Shown here one piece after another: positions 34,801 to 48,600 of a stretch of DNA of 64,000 nt (within the stretch, counting starts at the first letter, position 1; each line of letters starts with the position of its first letter). The notes below the pieces were generated by a model. It searched no databases. It was given only the letters and a program-made list of their open reading frames with translations, and was not told the origin of the DNA. Made by a program: the position numbers and the translations under genes. Source of the stretch: Fimbriosthenelais zetlandica (Eukaryota); assembly GCA_977030845.1 (NCBI GenBank), contig OZ365112.1:9176001-9240000 (forward strand), written 5' to 3'.

Positions 34801-36574
34801 TAGGTAGACTGACAGTATAAGAAGTCCTGTATGTAAATAGACCACATTGTTACATTGCCCGTACATGCACCTAAACCAAGTGTAAAGGTCTGCTACACTG
34901 GCTGGCCCTACATCCCCCATCCTTCCCCTGCCAACTCGGCTGCCAGACCCTCACACAATATACACTTTTGGGCCCGATTCAAATGTCATACACTAGACCT
35001 TATATGACTCTGTTTTGTGCAAATAGCTTGCAAATGCCAGACGAAAGTATGCAGGCAATTTGTTCGCAAGCTGAGTCGGCACAGTGGAGGAGGCCTTGCA
35101 AATTATCCCCCTGCGATGGTTGCTTCAAAAGCAAGATTTACTTGCGACGCTTGCAATGTTCAATTTAAGCTCTCTTGTAAATCATTTGCAAGGTGGAGGA
35201 ACAACAGGTGAATTTATGCAATAAACCGCATAAAAATGGGGCTTATGAAACAGGAGCCTGTTTCAAAATGAATATTAGCCATAGACTTAGCATTGCTACG
35301 GTAATACAATATTCCTTTTGAAAGAGGCCCCATATTTCAGGCTTCTCTCTCAGATTTTCCGTTCGAATGACATCTAATGATATAAATTTTGTCAGTGGGT
35401 AACTTTGCTTAGGTGTAAACCTCTGTCAATTTACACGCAATTAATTTGGTAAGAAGTGACAATTCTGATGTTTATCGGATGGACAATGGTCTAGGTGTGT
35501 CATAATGCAGGGATTAGCTGAATCATGTATGTAAGCTCACGCAGCAGATTCTATGGTTGATTATCCATTGTGTTCATGCAGCGTCTTGTCCCTCTCTTAA
35601 CGGTGGCTAATTCTTATATGAATGTCCTTACACACCAAGCCGGCAGACGCCAACCGACCGTGCGATTTCTACCTTACTCTTAGGATCATCTGATGGTTTG
35701 ATACGAGACCAAACTGACAGATGGAAGTTACATTCCGCGCTTGTGTTAACAAATTTCACCATTATCAATGTCAGGTCCTACAATATATCTAAAACTTGAT
35801 ACATCACCGAGTGATCTGGCGAATTAAAAAAAATCGTTTCGTCGGTCGGTTTAGTTTGAAAGTAGTACAACACTTGAAAAATCATTTTCATGCATGTATA
35901 TAGCCTGGAATACATTTGGTGTGAATAGAAATATAGTTTCGAACAGCTATCGGACGGATCCGAATGGAGAATCGGATAAGTGTTTTCCAGGCTTATTGGG
36001 GAAATCTAGGTTGAAAATACGAAGAAATCGACCTTGATATCACCCTTTTACCCTAAGATATCACTTTTCTATTTATTACCAAATGACACGCTTGAGAAAC
36101 TGGATGGGTAATCTTTCCTAGTATCTGAGACAATTTATTCTTTACAAATGAGGGAGTGCTCAGTCACTGTCACTGGCTTACAATATATAGCGGGTGACAT
36201 TAAACCCCCTGGGGAAAGATGGGTTCTTACATAGTTTGATGTAAGTTTGTAAGCTCATATTATACTGGGCGGATGCACTAACGATATGTCCCATCAGATG
36301 CAAAACAACAAACACCCTGTAACTTGATTGGATATTTTCAGTTCTCTCTCTCTTTCTTCTCTCACTCTCATATTTCTCTCTCCCTTTCCTCTCTCGAAAT
36401 TAGAGATCTATCTCCCTCCCTTTCTGTCTCCCCTCTTCTCTCTTATCTCTATTTTTCTCACTCCCTCTCTCTTTCCCTCTCTTTCTCTCTCTCTCTCTAT
36501 ATCCCTCCCTCCCTCTCCCTCTTTCTCTCTCTCCCTCTTTCTCTCTCTCCCACTCTCTTTCTCTCCCTCACTCC

Positions 36575-36615
<41 letters not shown>

Positions 36616-39600
36616 CTCCTTCCCTCTCTCTCTCTCAGTGATGGCTATTTAGATTTACATGATAAGAGACGCGCTATAAACACACGTTTCTCACCTGTTA
36701 TCGTGTCATATGTGAGCTCAGTGTGATCCATGAGTGACATATTGCCCATCAGGTCAATACAAACTGTTACATAATATGTTTTGTATGGATATTACTAAAT
36801 ACCAGATAAGCGAAACTATTGCTTGATTAGGATAATCTATATGGCAGTGATAATGCAATAGTTGTACTCGTAATACTGGATGATTGGCAGGCCTGTGGGC
36901 TCGCTTATCTCAGATCAAATCTAGAGTGATCCATCTAAATTTTCAAAATGGGCTGGGCTCATTTTCAATTGGTTTACAATTTCAATAAATTACGCGGATA
37001 TGTTCTATTTTCCATGAACTATACCTAATAGTTCAAGAAAGGGAAAGATTTCTTAGATAGAATGTTGCTTTAAAATAGAGTGCAGTCCAACTTAATGGTT
37101 CCCTAAATTTTGACATGAGTAAAGAGACAGGTCCCTACTTCAATGCAAAAAATCAAAGACCAATGTTTACTCACTAAAGTAACCACCTGACTATGTGACC
37201 AATTATACAACCCAAGTTTGGTTAAATTATAGTGGGAAACATATTTTACGAAGCTATATTCTGCGACCGTGTATATTCACTGCAAGTATCAGACTTTCCA
37301 TAAGAGGTATATTAAGTTCAAGTGTAAAGAGAAGATGGCACAGATTATAGCTGCTGCTTCCCATAATGTAGGTTTAGTACTTGAGTAGCTATTACTGACT
37401 GACCAGTGGACCACTTCTCTGTGGTCCATTCTTTAAATGGGAGGGACATAACAATGCCTTAAAGTCCCAAGTACCATCATGGGAGTTCTAGGAGGGGCCC
37501 CTCCCCCTCTGATGCGACCCTTCCTCAAATTAACCGGATTTTCTGCATGTATTTACAGTGCACCATTGTTAGAACTAATGGTGCTTCAGGGACAATTCAT
37601 TGTCCATTTCCTTCCCTTAAAATAGATCAAAGGGATATAAATTGATGCACCAACCCATGTATGAAATTGTTTTTATGTTTAATGGCTCGATGGAAAACAT
37701 TTTCTTGAATTTTAACCCGATTTTTCGATCTGCCATTTACTGCAGCATTTCCAAGGCAGGGATGAAGTCAAAGACTTGGCTAAATTGAAGCCATCCGAGG
37801 ACATACTTTCTAAAGCGACCATCTCATTTTGTGCCCATTAACTGGTTAAAACTACTCCTTTTGATGAATTACTAAAGTGAATATTTGTCTTTTTTAAATT
37901 GAAATCTCTTTTACCGAGCGTTTTGGATCTCAATATTTGATTTTTGAACAGGTCTACAGGATAATCACTTAAGAAAATTGCAATAGATTGTCTTTTCTTC
38001 TGACTTTTTAGAATTTAAAGTGTTGCTATTTTAGGCCCCCATACCGTGAATTGCTCTTAAATGTCTCAAAATCACCGAGGGTATCATTCAACCATGGCAG
38101 TTCCTTTCATACCGTGGATAGTAATGATTTTGTGTTCTGAGACCTAAATGATACTTGATATCTGTAATGATACCTTCATGATATATGATTGGTCTACTGT
38201 CACTAGTGTCAGTGTCACCTGCCCCCACCAGAGGGGGCTCTGATGTCAGGTGTGGCTCCCCTCGCGGAGAGACGAGGAACTATTAAAGGGCAGTTAATTG
38301 TGGGTCAACTTTGAAGAGAACCGAACAGGAAAACAATTTCTTCATTTTTGTCAACTCTATTACCAAGAATTGACCTGCTTTCTTCATTGACATAGCCTAG
38401 TCTGATGGAAGGCCAATACAATTGCATATAAGAAAATCATTCATCTTTATTGGTTTTCTGATGAAAAACACTTTCTAAACATATATCATGCAATTATTCT
38501 TGTCATTTTACTCTAAGTTCTAGTCAACAGTTTTATGCCTCTGGTAATATCTAGATTTTATTCCTTTGAGAGAGAAAAAAACAATTTCTTGTGAATTCAA
38601 GGGATTTAAAAGATGTTAAGAGGTAAAATTGACAAGAACAAATTGAAATCCTTGGTAAAAACCTTCCCCGACCTCACAGATGTCGGTTATTTTGGGTTAG
38701 CTCATTAGTATGCATGCAGTAAACAGAGCCCCTCCCCCAGTAGGCTACTCACCAAAATTAGATTATAAAACGTTATAAACTTAATTATTTTGTTAGTAAA
38801 AATCAAATTATGTCCTTAGTGGGTCTTAGTCATGTGTTCTAGCCTTTCCTCCACTCCTCCTGGGTGCTGGTACACTTAAAAACCCCATCTCCACTACGAT
38901 CATCCGATAAAGCGATGGACGGCAGGAGCAAATCGATAGTCTTAGAGGGGTTAAATGGGGTCCGACATCCCCGAAAGGCCCTTCGAAATAATTCTTTGGG
39001 CACCAACTCTTCAAAAATACTGGATCCTCTCCCGTCTTGTCTTGGTATAGCCACATCTCCATTAAAGCGATCTAGAAACGATATATTGTCGTCCTTGATC
39101 GGTTCAGGAATCGGTTTAGTGGAGACGACCCTTTTAAGGTGACTGACTAACATCTTTATTGACATGTTTACCAGCTACCGTGTGAACATGTCAAGTGACA
39201 CTCAAAAAAAAGATCAATACATGATTGAGTTAGCCAAGATAGTTAGCTCCAGGTCATACCCTGACCCCGTGACCTCACCACGCCCTTGACCCCTGGGGTC
39301 AGGTACTCTTTCAGGACCCATTCTCTTTCACAGTCCCCAAATTCAGACTTTTTTAAACAAGATTTTTCATTGAAAAAGTACATTTTCCCCCTGAAAATGA
39401 GATTTTCTCAGGCTTGACTTGACTTGAAAGGAAGGCCATGCATGGCGGCCTTGACTAGCTGAAGTCAATCTAGATTTATTCTTACAGTACGATTAAATTA
39501 CATTACCATTTTACTTTAACGTGTACATTGGGTTGGATATGTCATAGTAGGCCTACCATCAAGGATAGTGTACGAATACTATCCTTGGTACCATTACCCG

Positions 39601-42600
39601 CTGGGCGGGCCTTCTGGATACAGTATTTTGATTCTTGAAGCCCCAAAAATTCCCTTTTCTCCTTGAATTAATTGAAATACCCCTTTTCCCTGAAAATTGA
39701 AACAATCCATTCTTAATAATTGGAATAACCCTAAACTTGAAATTTAAAATTCTTGACAATTGAAACCGTCATGGGTACCCACTTCGGTTGTGAGTGCCGG
39801 GGCGACCTTGACCCCGCCGGAACAAGGTTTAGAGGGTAGCGGAAGTACAGTGAGCGCCCCCGTGCGGGATATATAATGGAGGGTTGTGTGATTTGCTGCC
39901 CTAGGCCTCACCACCAGTTTGGCCCGGGTTTTGATGTTTCCTACCAGGTCCTTTGACAATGGCTGCCCTTCTGGCCCTGACAAATTTGATGAAGCAAGAA
40001 AAGAGGGTCAGGATGAAATAGGTTGTCGATTCAGGGACACACGGGGGCGATTTAAGGAGTACAGTTAACTCTGCTATTGTAACTGGATTGACAAACCATT
40101 CTATTGTGTATTAACTGACGAAAAAGAACTTCTAACAAGCCGAAAAATGTTTTGCTCCGTTTTCTTGTTATTAAATTATGACAAAGGCTTTTGGGAACTT
40201 CCAAAATACAGCAACAATGATTTTGGGCCAGTTCTATTGTATATTAGCTCATAAAAGGGCTTTTGGGAATTTCGAAAATGCCAACAAGTAATCGCTTTTT
40301 CTTCATGAGCTTGAATTAACTTTAAATATGTAATGTATGGGTCTGAGATATGTAGAAAAGAATTATCTCAGTTTTGCTTTTAGAATTTGTACGATTTCAG
40401 GTACTATATATACCATTAAATACTTAATGATTTCTGAAATTCATGACCTATACCTTGACATTCCCAACCCCAGGTCGCATTAGTGAGAATCCACTGTAAG
40501 TGATGGCTACATTTTAACCTGATCCAACATTTCACCCCACCACCAAACCTTCCCATGTCGACAATCTCTTCTATTCCCTTCACCGTTACATCTTGTCCCT
40601 TTCTCCCTTCACTCTTCCTTTTCCCTTTAAGTGCATTCCTTTGCCGGCTGCCCAGGAGCTGAGGGATATTTATAGTTCCTTAAAACAGCCCAGCAATATA
40701 AATCAGGTCGCGCTGAAGTCAAATGAAATCATGCATTATGGCCAATGACATTGAGCTACGTCCGATTTTAAAAGCTTCCCCAGAAGCGATGAGACAGAAA
40801 AGAGACATGTAAATTTGTATTGACCACAAGGCTACTTAGGCTTCCTATATTGCAACACTATAGTTTTATACAATAGATTCCCAGCAAACGCCCTCATCAA
40901 TAAAGCGACCATCTCAATATGTGACCACTATAAACCATCAGAACCAAATGTTTTAACACCACTAAGACAAACTCACTAAATTGACCATATCACGATGTGA
41001 CCAATAAGTGGTCAGAACCAAACCCTTTCAACACCACTAAGATATATTCACTAAAGCGACCATCCCATTATTTCAGTCCCATGGGTGGTCGCATAATGAG
41101 ATACTACTGTATGATTTTTGACATCATATTTCTCTGTGGAATGGAAGGTCAATCTATAATTCTTTTGATCACCTCAATGGCCACCTTGAATTCTTTTAGG
41201 GTCAGCGGTCAATATCGTCCAACCATTCCTTCCCTATCATTTTTTCATATCATTGAAAGACCTTCAGGGACTCATAAATCCACGTTAAAAGCTCGGCGTT
41301 GTATTGACGTGAAAAAGGTGGTTAAACATTTAGATACACTATAATGTCATTTAAACATTTAGATTTGTCCCACTGCCTGTAGTGCGAGGCATGTAATAGA
41401 ACCATTGCTGCCGTTCAAGAAGAACAGCATTGTCAACAGCAAGTTTCCTTCTCGTTCTGATTGAACAGTAAAGAGATATCATATCCATCCATTTTCCAAT
41501 AAAGTAGGTCTAAGAAAGATCAACTACACCACACAAAGGAGTGAGAAAGAATAAGGTATAGAGGCCTATATCATATTCTCATCCACCTTCCCTCAGCTCA
41601 GTCAATACAATTTAGCCAGCCATATCACAAAGGTTACAAAACAAGACCGGGCTAATAAATCTGAATAAAGGGGTTTTCAAAGGCTGCTTGTCCACTTTCT
41701 GCCCATGTACTTCAATCATTGGTTCTCTTGCCCGTTTTATTATAGTAACCAGGCAACAGCCAATGAAATAGCCCCTTCCCCTCGTCTCCTGCCTATAGTC
41801 ACTAGACATGTCCTTAAGTCTTCTATTAAATTTTTATATAGAAAATGTTATCCGGTGCTCTTCTTTGTCCAGTGCTGCTAACTGGGATATTAAAGGCCAG
41901 CCAAGTCTCCAACTGTCTATGGTTAGAGGCATGTGAATGGCCAACCCCCACTTTCTTTGGTGAAAAAAACGCGCTGCAGTTCATGAAGATCAGGAACGGA
42001 TGTTCCTACCTAGAACAGGAAATTAATTTCTTCGTGATATGGCAGAAAAACTGCATAGCCCTTTGGCTATATGGGATTATAGCTAGGAATTCTTTGAAGT
42101 TTACATCAAAATAATTTTGAGTTCATGAACAGACAATCTCGTTCACTGCGAAATTTCAAAACCAGGGATCGTTCATTACTTAGATTGTCTTGCTAATTGT
42201 AAATGGGCTTGTTCCTGCAGTACCAAGTTAAATGCTACAAGAACCTACCCTGAATATTGTAATTGTTACAAATTTATTAATTTGTGTCTTGGAGACGTGA
42301 ACTAGTCTATGTATAGTGGACGGCCTGGTCAATTTCAGCCAGAAAGTGGTACTCAATATGGTGAGATTTATGATGGTCCTGGTCAAAACAAGCTCTCCCC
42401 TACTCGCCTGATATGATAGGCATATCCTGAGAAATGAAATCACTGCCAGGCGTCCATATTAAATACTCATACAGTCACCAGCGTGTGTACACCGTGAAGT
42501 ATGACTATACCATCTCACAGACATAACGTGTGACATATTCCATACGATAATCCACCGTCAGGTGTAGATAAAGCATGCATGTTTCACACGGGAAGTCTGG

Positions 42601-45600
42601 TGAATTATGGCCGGTCTATACCAGGGTTCGTACGTCCTAAAAATCATTAAAAAAAAGTCTTGAAATTTACAGTATATAATTTAAGTACTTAAAAGGTCAT
42701 GAAATTTCCGAAATGGTCAAAAATCATGAAATTTGATTGCCTATATTATTTAAAAGGTGTAAAGCCCTGTTACATTTTGGGAACATAGACCTAAAAATCT
42801 GTATAATTTTTTCGCGTGTTGAAGATGACCGCTTGCCTTAACTACCTGGACTTGGAAGCATTGACTGTCTCACAGATGTAACGAGTGACATATTCCACAC
42901 GATATTTCACCCTCAGGTCTATATAATGCATGCTTCACAGGGTGTAGTCTTTTCCTGTTTCTCAACCATTGCTGCCGTTTGAGAAGAGATAAATATTCTG
43001 TGATGAAAGCGTGTTTCCGTCTGTGTTTGCTTCCTGAAGCCTCGATTGCTAGCTCACTCACTCACTCACTCACTCACTCACTCACTCACTCACTCCCTCA
43101 CTGCCTCATTCGTAATGTTTGAAATCTGTATGAGGAAATATTTGTTGACTTATTCCAGAAACTGTGACCATCTTTTGTGCTGCGTATATCATGCATCGAG
43201 CGCAAGCTCCTGAACTATTTTCTTTCCAGGAATCGTTACGTATGAAATATTATAACTTCTCGTGTGTGAAATATCACTCATGTTATAAGAAGAGGTTTCT
43301 AGTTCACTGTTACAAAATGTTGCTCTCCCAACACCCATTTATAGACATCTTTCATGAGTTTTTCAATTGATTTTTTGAGGTGATATATAACCTTATTTAT
43401 AATGCGTCCTTTGATTTACTGTTAGATGGGTTTAAAATGGATTGTTTTATGATTGATAGTTTTAGATTGTAAATGGGTTTAGAAATGAGATGGGTTGGGC
43501 CTTGGGAGGTGTTGGATGTTTCTGTTCAGAAACCCTTTTTATCTCCCTTCAAAAATCAATAGATGGTCCATTTTAACCGATCGTCGACAATTTGTCACTG
43601 TGATCGACTTTTAATTCCCTTAATGGATTGAGTTTGGGATTTTAAATGGATACTTGCGCAGTTTATAATTTTTATTGATCATCTTATCTTAGATGTAGGC
43701 CAGGAGAGAAGGGAATAAGATGATCCGGGTTTTGATTGATGTATTTTTACTTCTCTCGAAGGACGTGTAGCCATTTAGCAATAGTTTTAACAGAAAAGTC
43801 TATTGATTGTGTTTTGTTCCAGCATTTCTGTATCCTGATGTCTATTTTGTCACATTTTCAAACTATCCTGTGCATGTAGAGTCCAAATATGAAACAGAAA
43901 AAAACATTTAACTATGGTAATATGACAGTAACAGATATTAATTGAGTATATGTTGCTGAAAAACATCCAAAGGGACCAAATTATTCTTTGGAAATTCACA
44001 TTGGATCGAGAGAGGGCCAGTGTATCCAAACTTAAGAAAATGGATGAATTTTGTAGAATTTTTAAGTGAGAATACACGAAGCAGAAGTGAATTTGTTGTG
44101 GTGTGGAGTAGATGTCTCTATATGTGGACTTGGAAATAACAGGACCTAATGTGAAATCGATGTAGACACATTTAAGATATGAGAGGATGAGTTATTCTGG
44201 TTTGGGAGAGCGTCCCTCATTGATGGGGGCACATCCATATATATACCCAAACCCTTCTGGTCCACCAGACCGATTTACATCCGATTCCTTTAAAATTCCC
44301 ATAAGATTTTGAGCACTACTCGGTTAGGTGCGCTTTTGTCCAACTTTTGTCTTACTCTTGTTGCTAATCTTCTTTCATTCGCCTCGGTTACTGATTGAAA
44401 TTGTGAGTTGGAACCGTCTGATCCAGGAGGTCTGAGGTCCAGAAGTGGAGAGTTCCAAAGACCGCCCAACTCATCCCGATTCAGAGATGATTTTTGGAAC
44501 ATTTCTTCAATAGTAAATCTTTTGAACCACAAGGTTGGACCAAGCCATCCCCCCTTTCAGAGATTTTACACCCTTCCAAAAGCCTATGGTTATGAAACAG
44601 GCCCCAGGGCCAGGATCGGATCCTGGGTAGTTGGGTGGGTATGTGTTGGATGATTGGCCCTGTGTGTTACAGCCCTATTGGTGGTGAGGGAGGAGGGGCG
44701 GCACATTGATTGGCCACCAGTCTTATCGACGACTGGTGCGCCGCCTACCGACGTCTACAATCAATGTTAGGGATGGGGATCGTGACCGTGGAAACCCGGG
44801 GGATGTATGGAGGGAAGAGGGAGGGATGGGAGGGAGGTTGCATGAAACGTCTATACTGGGCACTTCCAAAATACAGTAACATTCGTTAAAACTTACATAA
44901 TGATAAAACGTCCTGAATCCTGTCGCAAAGACTTGAACAGTACTTACTGTATAAGTGACTATTACATCCATATAGTGAAGAGTATTCAACATGAACGTGG
45001 AAGGTCCCAGGTTCAATTCCCCAAGAATTCTGTAAATTTGCCCTCCCAGTGCTGTAACTGGGATATCAAAAGCCAGCCATGTCCTACTGTCTGTAGCGAG
45101 AGACATGTAATGCTATTCCACCCATTGGAAATTGGCAAGTTTGGTCATTGAGACAATATGTTTACTATAGAGAGATTGTTCCATAATCAGAGGGAGTCGT
45201 ATACATGTATATGACACCTCAATAACGGAAGTCAGTGAGAAATTGTTCACTCTTGAGGTATGTGGTTCCTTCAATCAATGTATTCACATTTTGGATGTTT
45301 ACAGCTTTTTTTATGAACTTTTTTAGTGCCTGTCTACAAATACTTCAGTATAAAAATAGCCACAAAAAAACTATCCAAGTAGCTATAAGAGCTAATATAT
45401 TGAGGCAGTTAGAGTGCATGTGATATTGACATTTCCTGCTATTGCAGGTCAACAAGCCATTTATGATACCGACTACATGTATATTATGGTCATATCTCAT
45501 GAATTGGCGACAATTCCTGAGAAAAAAACCCTAAATTTATATTATTTCTATTGAAAATAAAGCTTAAATTCATGTAGTTTTTCACTCACAAAGTTTGGAT

Positions 45601-48600
45601 TTTGGTTTGAATGAATGTCCTAATTCAAAAACAAAAGTGAAAGGAAAAAAGAGAAATATTTGGGTGCAGTTTTTGAGAATTGACCAATGTGGGGTAAATG
45701 AGGGGTGGGAGTGGGGGTGGGGGTGGGGGCGTGGGGATGGGATGATTGAGCATTTTACTGCCTCCACTAGATAGCTGGATTATCCAGGATCAGGACAAGC
45801 TGAGAGCATTAAAGATAAAAAGATGATCACAATAATCTCTGTTCCCCACTTGCCATGGCCTGGATTTACAACTGTTCCACTGCTAGTCCCTGTGCCAACT
45901 TCTGTTTAATAAAAAAAAAATAAAAAAAAGCAGGGTAATCGCCCCACTTAGGTTTTACTAAATGATAAATGACACAGTGTATAAAATAGGATGGGCTTTA
46001 GAAGTAATCCTTCCAACCAAAGATAGTATGGATTTAGAAGCAATAAGATCTTACTATACTCTGTGCCAGTGTATGTATTTAAAAAATGGTTTATCAAATA
46101 CTTCTTTACACTGAATTTGTTGGTGGGGGTTGGGGGCACTCCAATGTATAATGGGTAACCAGTGTGGTTCCATATGCCCTTCCCCAACATCGAATTCAGA
46201 ATTTCTGTATTATTTCTCCTTGTGAATCATATTCAAAAATATCCAAAAATACCCTCCAATGTCCGCGGACTTTGGTCCGAACAAGCGTCCCTCTTGTAAG
46301 GTATTTTGCTATCATTATTCTTGGCATGAAAACAGACAACTTCCCCAATGAAAATGGGTGAAGGGAATGGGTGCTCACTTTGGTTCAGTGTTCCATCCTA
46401 TAATATGTGAACGAGGAGGAGAGGCGCAGAATATAGCAAGAGCCGATCACAGCTAAAGGTGGATTGGGAAGCTTTAGAATCAATCACATCTCCCTACTAT
46501 CTGATATGGAAGGAATCATCTCTCTGTCTTACTATCCAGGCCTGGGATATGAATAGTTTGGTAGAAAATGTCATGGTCCAGATGAGTAGTCATGGTAAAA
46601 TATGGGTAGTTATGGTAAAGTATGGGTAGTCATGGTAGAGAATGAGTAGGCATGGTTGAACATGGTTCGTCCTGGACTAATTATCTTGGTAACAAGTTTT
46701 TTATGAGAAAATGAAGCAAATTATAGTTAGTTACAAGCGTGTCGACGAATTCATTATTTAATTATCAGTGAGGAAAATAAACTTAAGTATGTGTTTAACC
46801 CAATTAGAAAGGTTCAGTAAATATGTGGCATAGAGTGTGTGTTTTTCTGTCATGGTAATTAATCTTGATTTATTTGTGATAAATCCCAAAATTTTGTCGG
46901 AATCTCTAATGTGTTAAAGTACTTGGTATTGACAGTGAAAACTTGCTTGTTTTCTATACAAACTAGCTCCATTGTCCTGCACGTTAATTCAAGCTTACCC
47001 TATAGACCCCATCATTCATGTTAGACCTTTGTTAGCGACCAATACAAGCTATATCTTAGAAGAATGGAGAAATATAAAGACATCTTTTCCTCCGTGGCTA
47101 AGTCAAGGGTCGGTACAGGTATAAAAGACTTGTTTCATGCTGTTTCCTACATTTTCAGCTCCCACGGTGGTTTAATAGGGTACTCCTTAGGGGTGGGGGA
47201 GGGGCACTCGTGATCAAAGAGGGTGGATAGACCGATTCCCTGACGTACAAATTACTCATATCAACCTGAATAGATATCCCAGGTAGAAACGCTACTATAT
47301 CATACATTACGTTTTCTGCCCAGTTTTATTTTGAGTGCCCCTCACCTGTAGCCCCCCTTAACCTCCTCTCTCACACCCCAGGCAGGGAGCATGTAGTGCT
47401 TACTAACCCTGACTTGGGAGCATTCATTGCGCTCAGCAGGAGTGCTTTGGTTAGATTTGTTCAGCCTCTTGAGGGTGAGAGACAGCAGATGAGAGCGGGG
47501 ATGAGAGAGAGAGAGATTAGAGGAGGAAGGAGAAACTCGAAGCAAAGAGGGGAAGAGAAGAAGAGAAGAGAGACAGAGGGGAGAAAGGCTGATCCGAAGA
47601 GAATGAAAGAAAGAGAGAAGTGAGGCTTTTCGTACAGAGAGAGAAAGAAAGAGGCTGAGAGAAGGGTTGATGGAAAGGCAGAGAAGGGGAGACTGGGTTG
47701 AGTGAAGAGAAGAAAGAGAAGAGAGGAGTGAGCTGAAATAGAGACATGGACAGAAGATAGAATGGCCAAGAGCAACGATAGTCTCGTTGCTCTCTCAAGA
47801 GAGAGAATCATGGTGGATGGGGACTCCCCCCGCCCCTCGATACCACCCCACCACCACCCCCCCCCCTCCCCCCCCAGAAGTCACGGTAAGGTAGGGAACA
47901 TGAATACCCCTCTTCACACCTCCCTCACCACCTACAGTGACTGCCCTCTCTCACCCTCACCTCTCTACCTGCCCGACATTCATAAATTCTTAATCAAACT
48001 GAAAAGTCTACATCCACTTCTGGCGCGATGCTTCCGTGTTTAAGGTCTAATAGTACAGAATAAACGGAGATCATATCGGATTAGGTTCTGCTAGATGCTT
48101 CCGTAACCACTCTATGTGTCAATAAGCCGCCGTATACTAATGTATTATTTTCTTTACAATTTACATGATTCTGAGGCCTCCCATTGGCCTCTCTCTCCTC
48201 TCTCTCACGCTCTCTCCTTTCTCACCCTCTCTTTTCTCACCTCCCCCTCTCTCTCCTCTTCATCTCCCTCTTTCACACTCTCTCTCACCTTCACCTTCTT
48301 TCTCTCTCCTCTCTCAGTGCCTCTCTCTCATTCCTCTCCATCTCTCTCCTCTCTCATCCCCTGTCTTTCCCCACTCCATCTCTCTCAAGTCTCACCCTCT
48401 CTCACACCTTCCTCCCTTCCTTCTCTCTCCTCTCCTCTCTCCCTCTCTCCCTCTCTCGTCGGGTCCCTCTCTTTCAGCCTACCTATCCACAGATCTGTTT
48501 GCCAAAGGTCGAGCCGCTATTTATTTATTTTTCCTGTTCAAACAGAATACCTAATCCTTACGACAACAGAATGTGTGAGTGATAAGAATGGTATACAGTT

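Noticed and set aside
36324-36726. Ser/Leu-rich ORFs (also 47396-48742)
   Set aside because: Translations of CT/GA microsatellite tracts.
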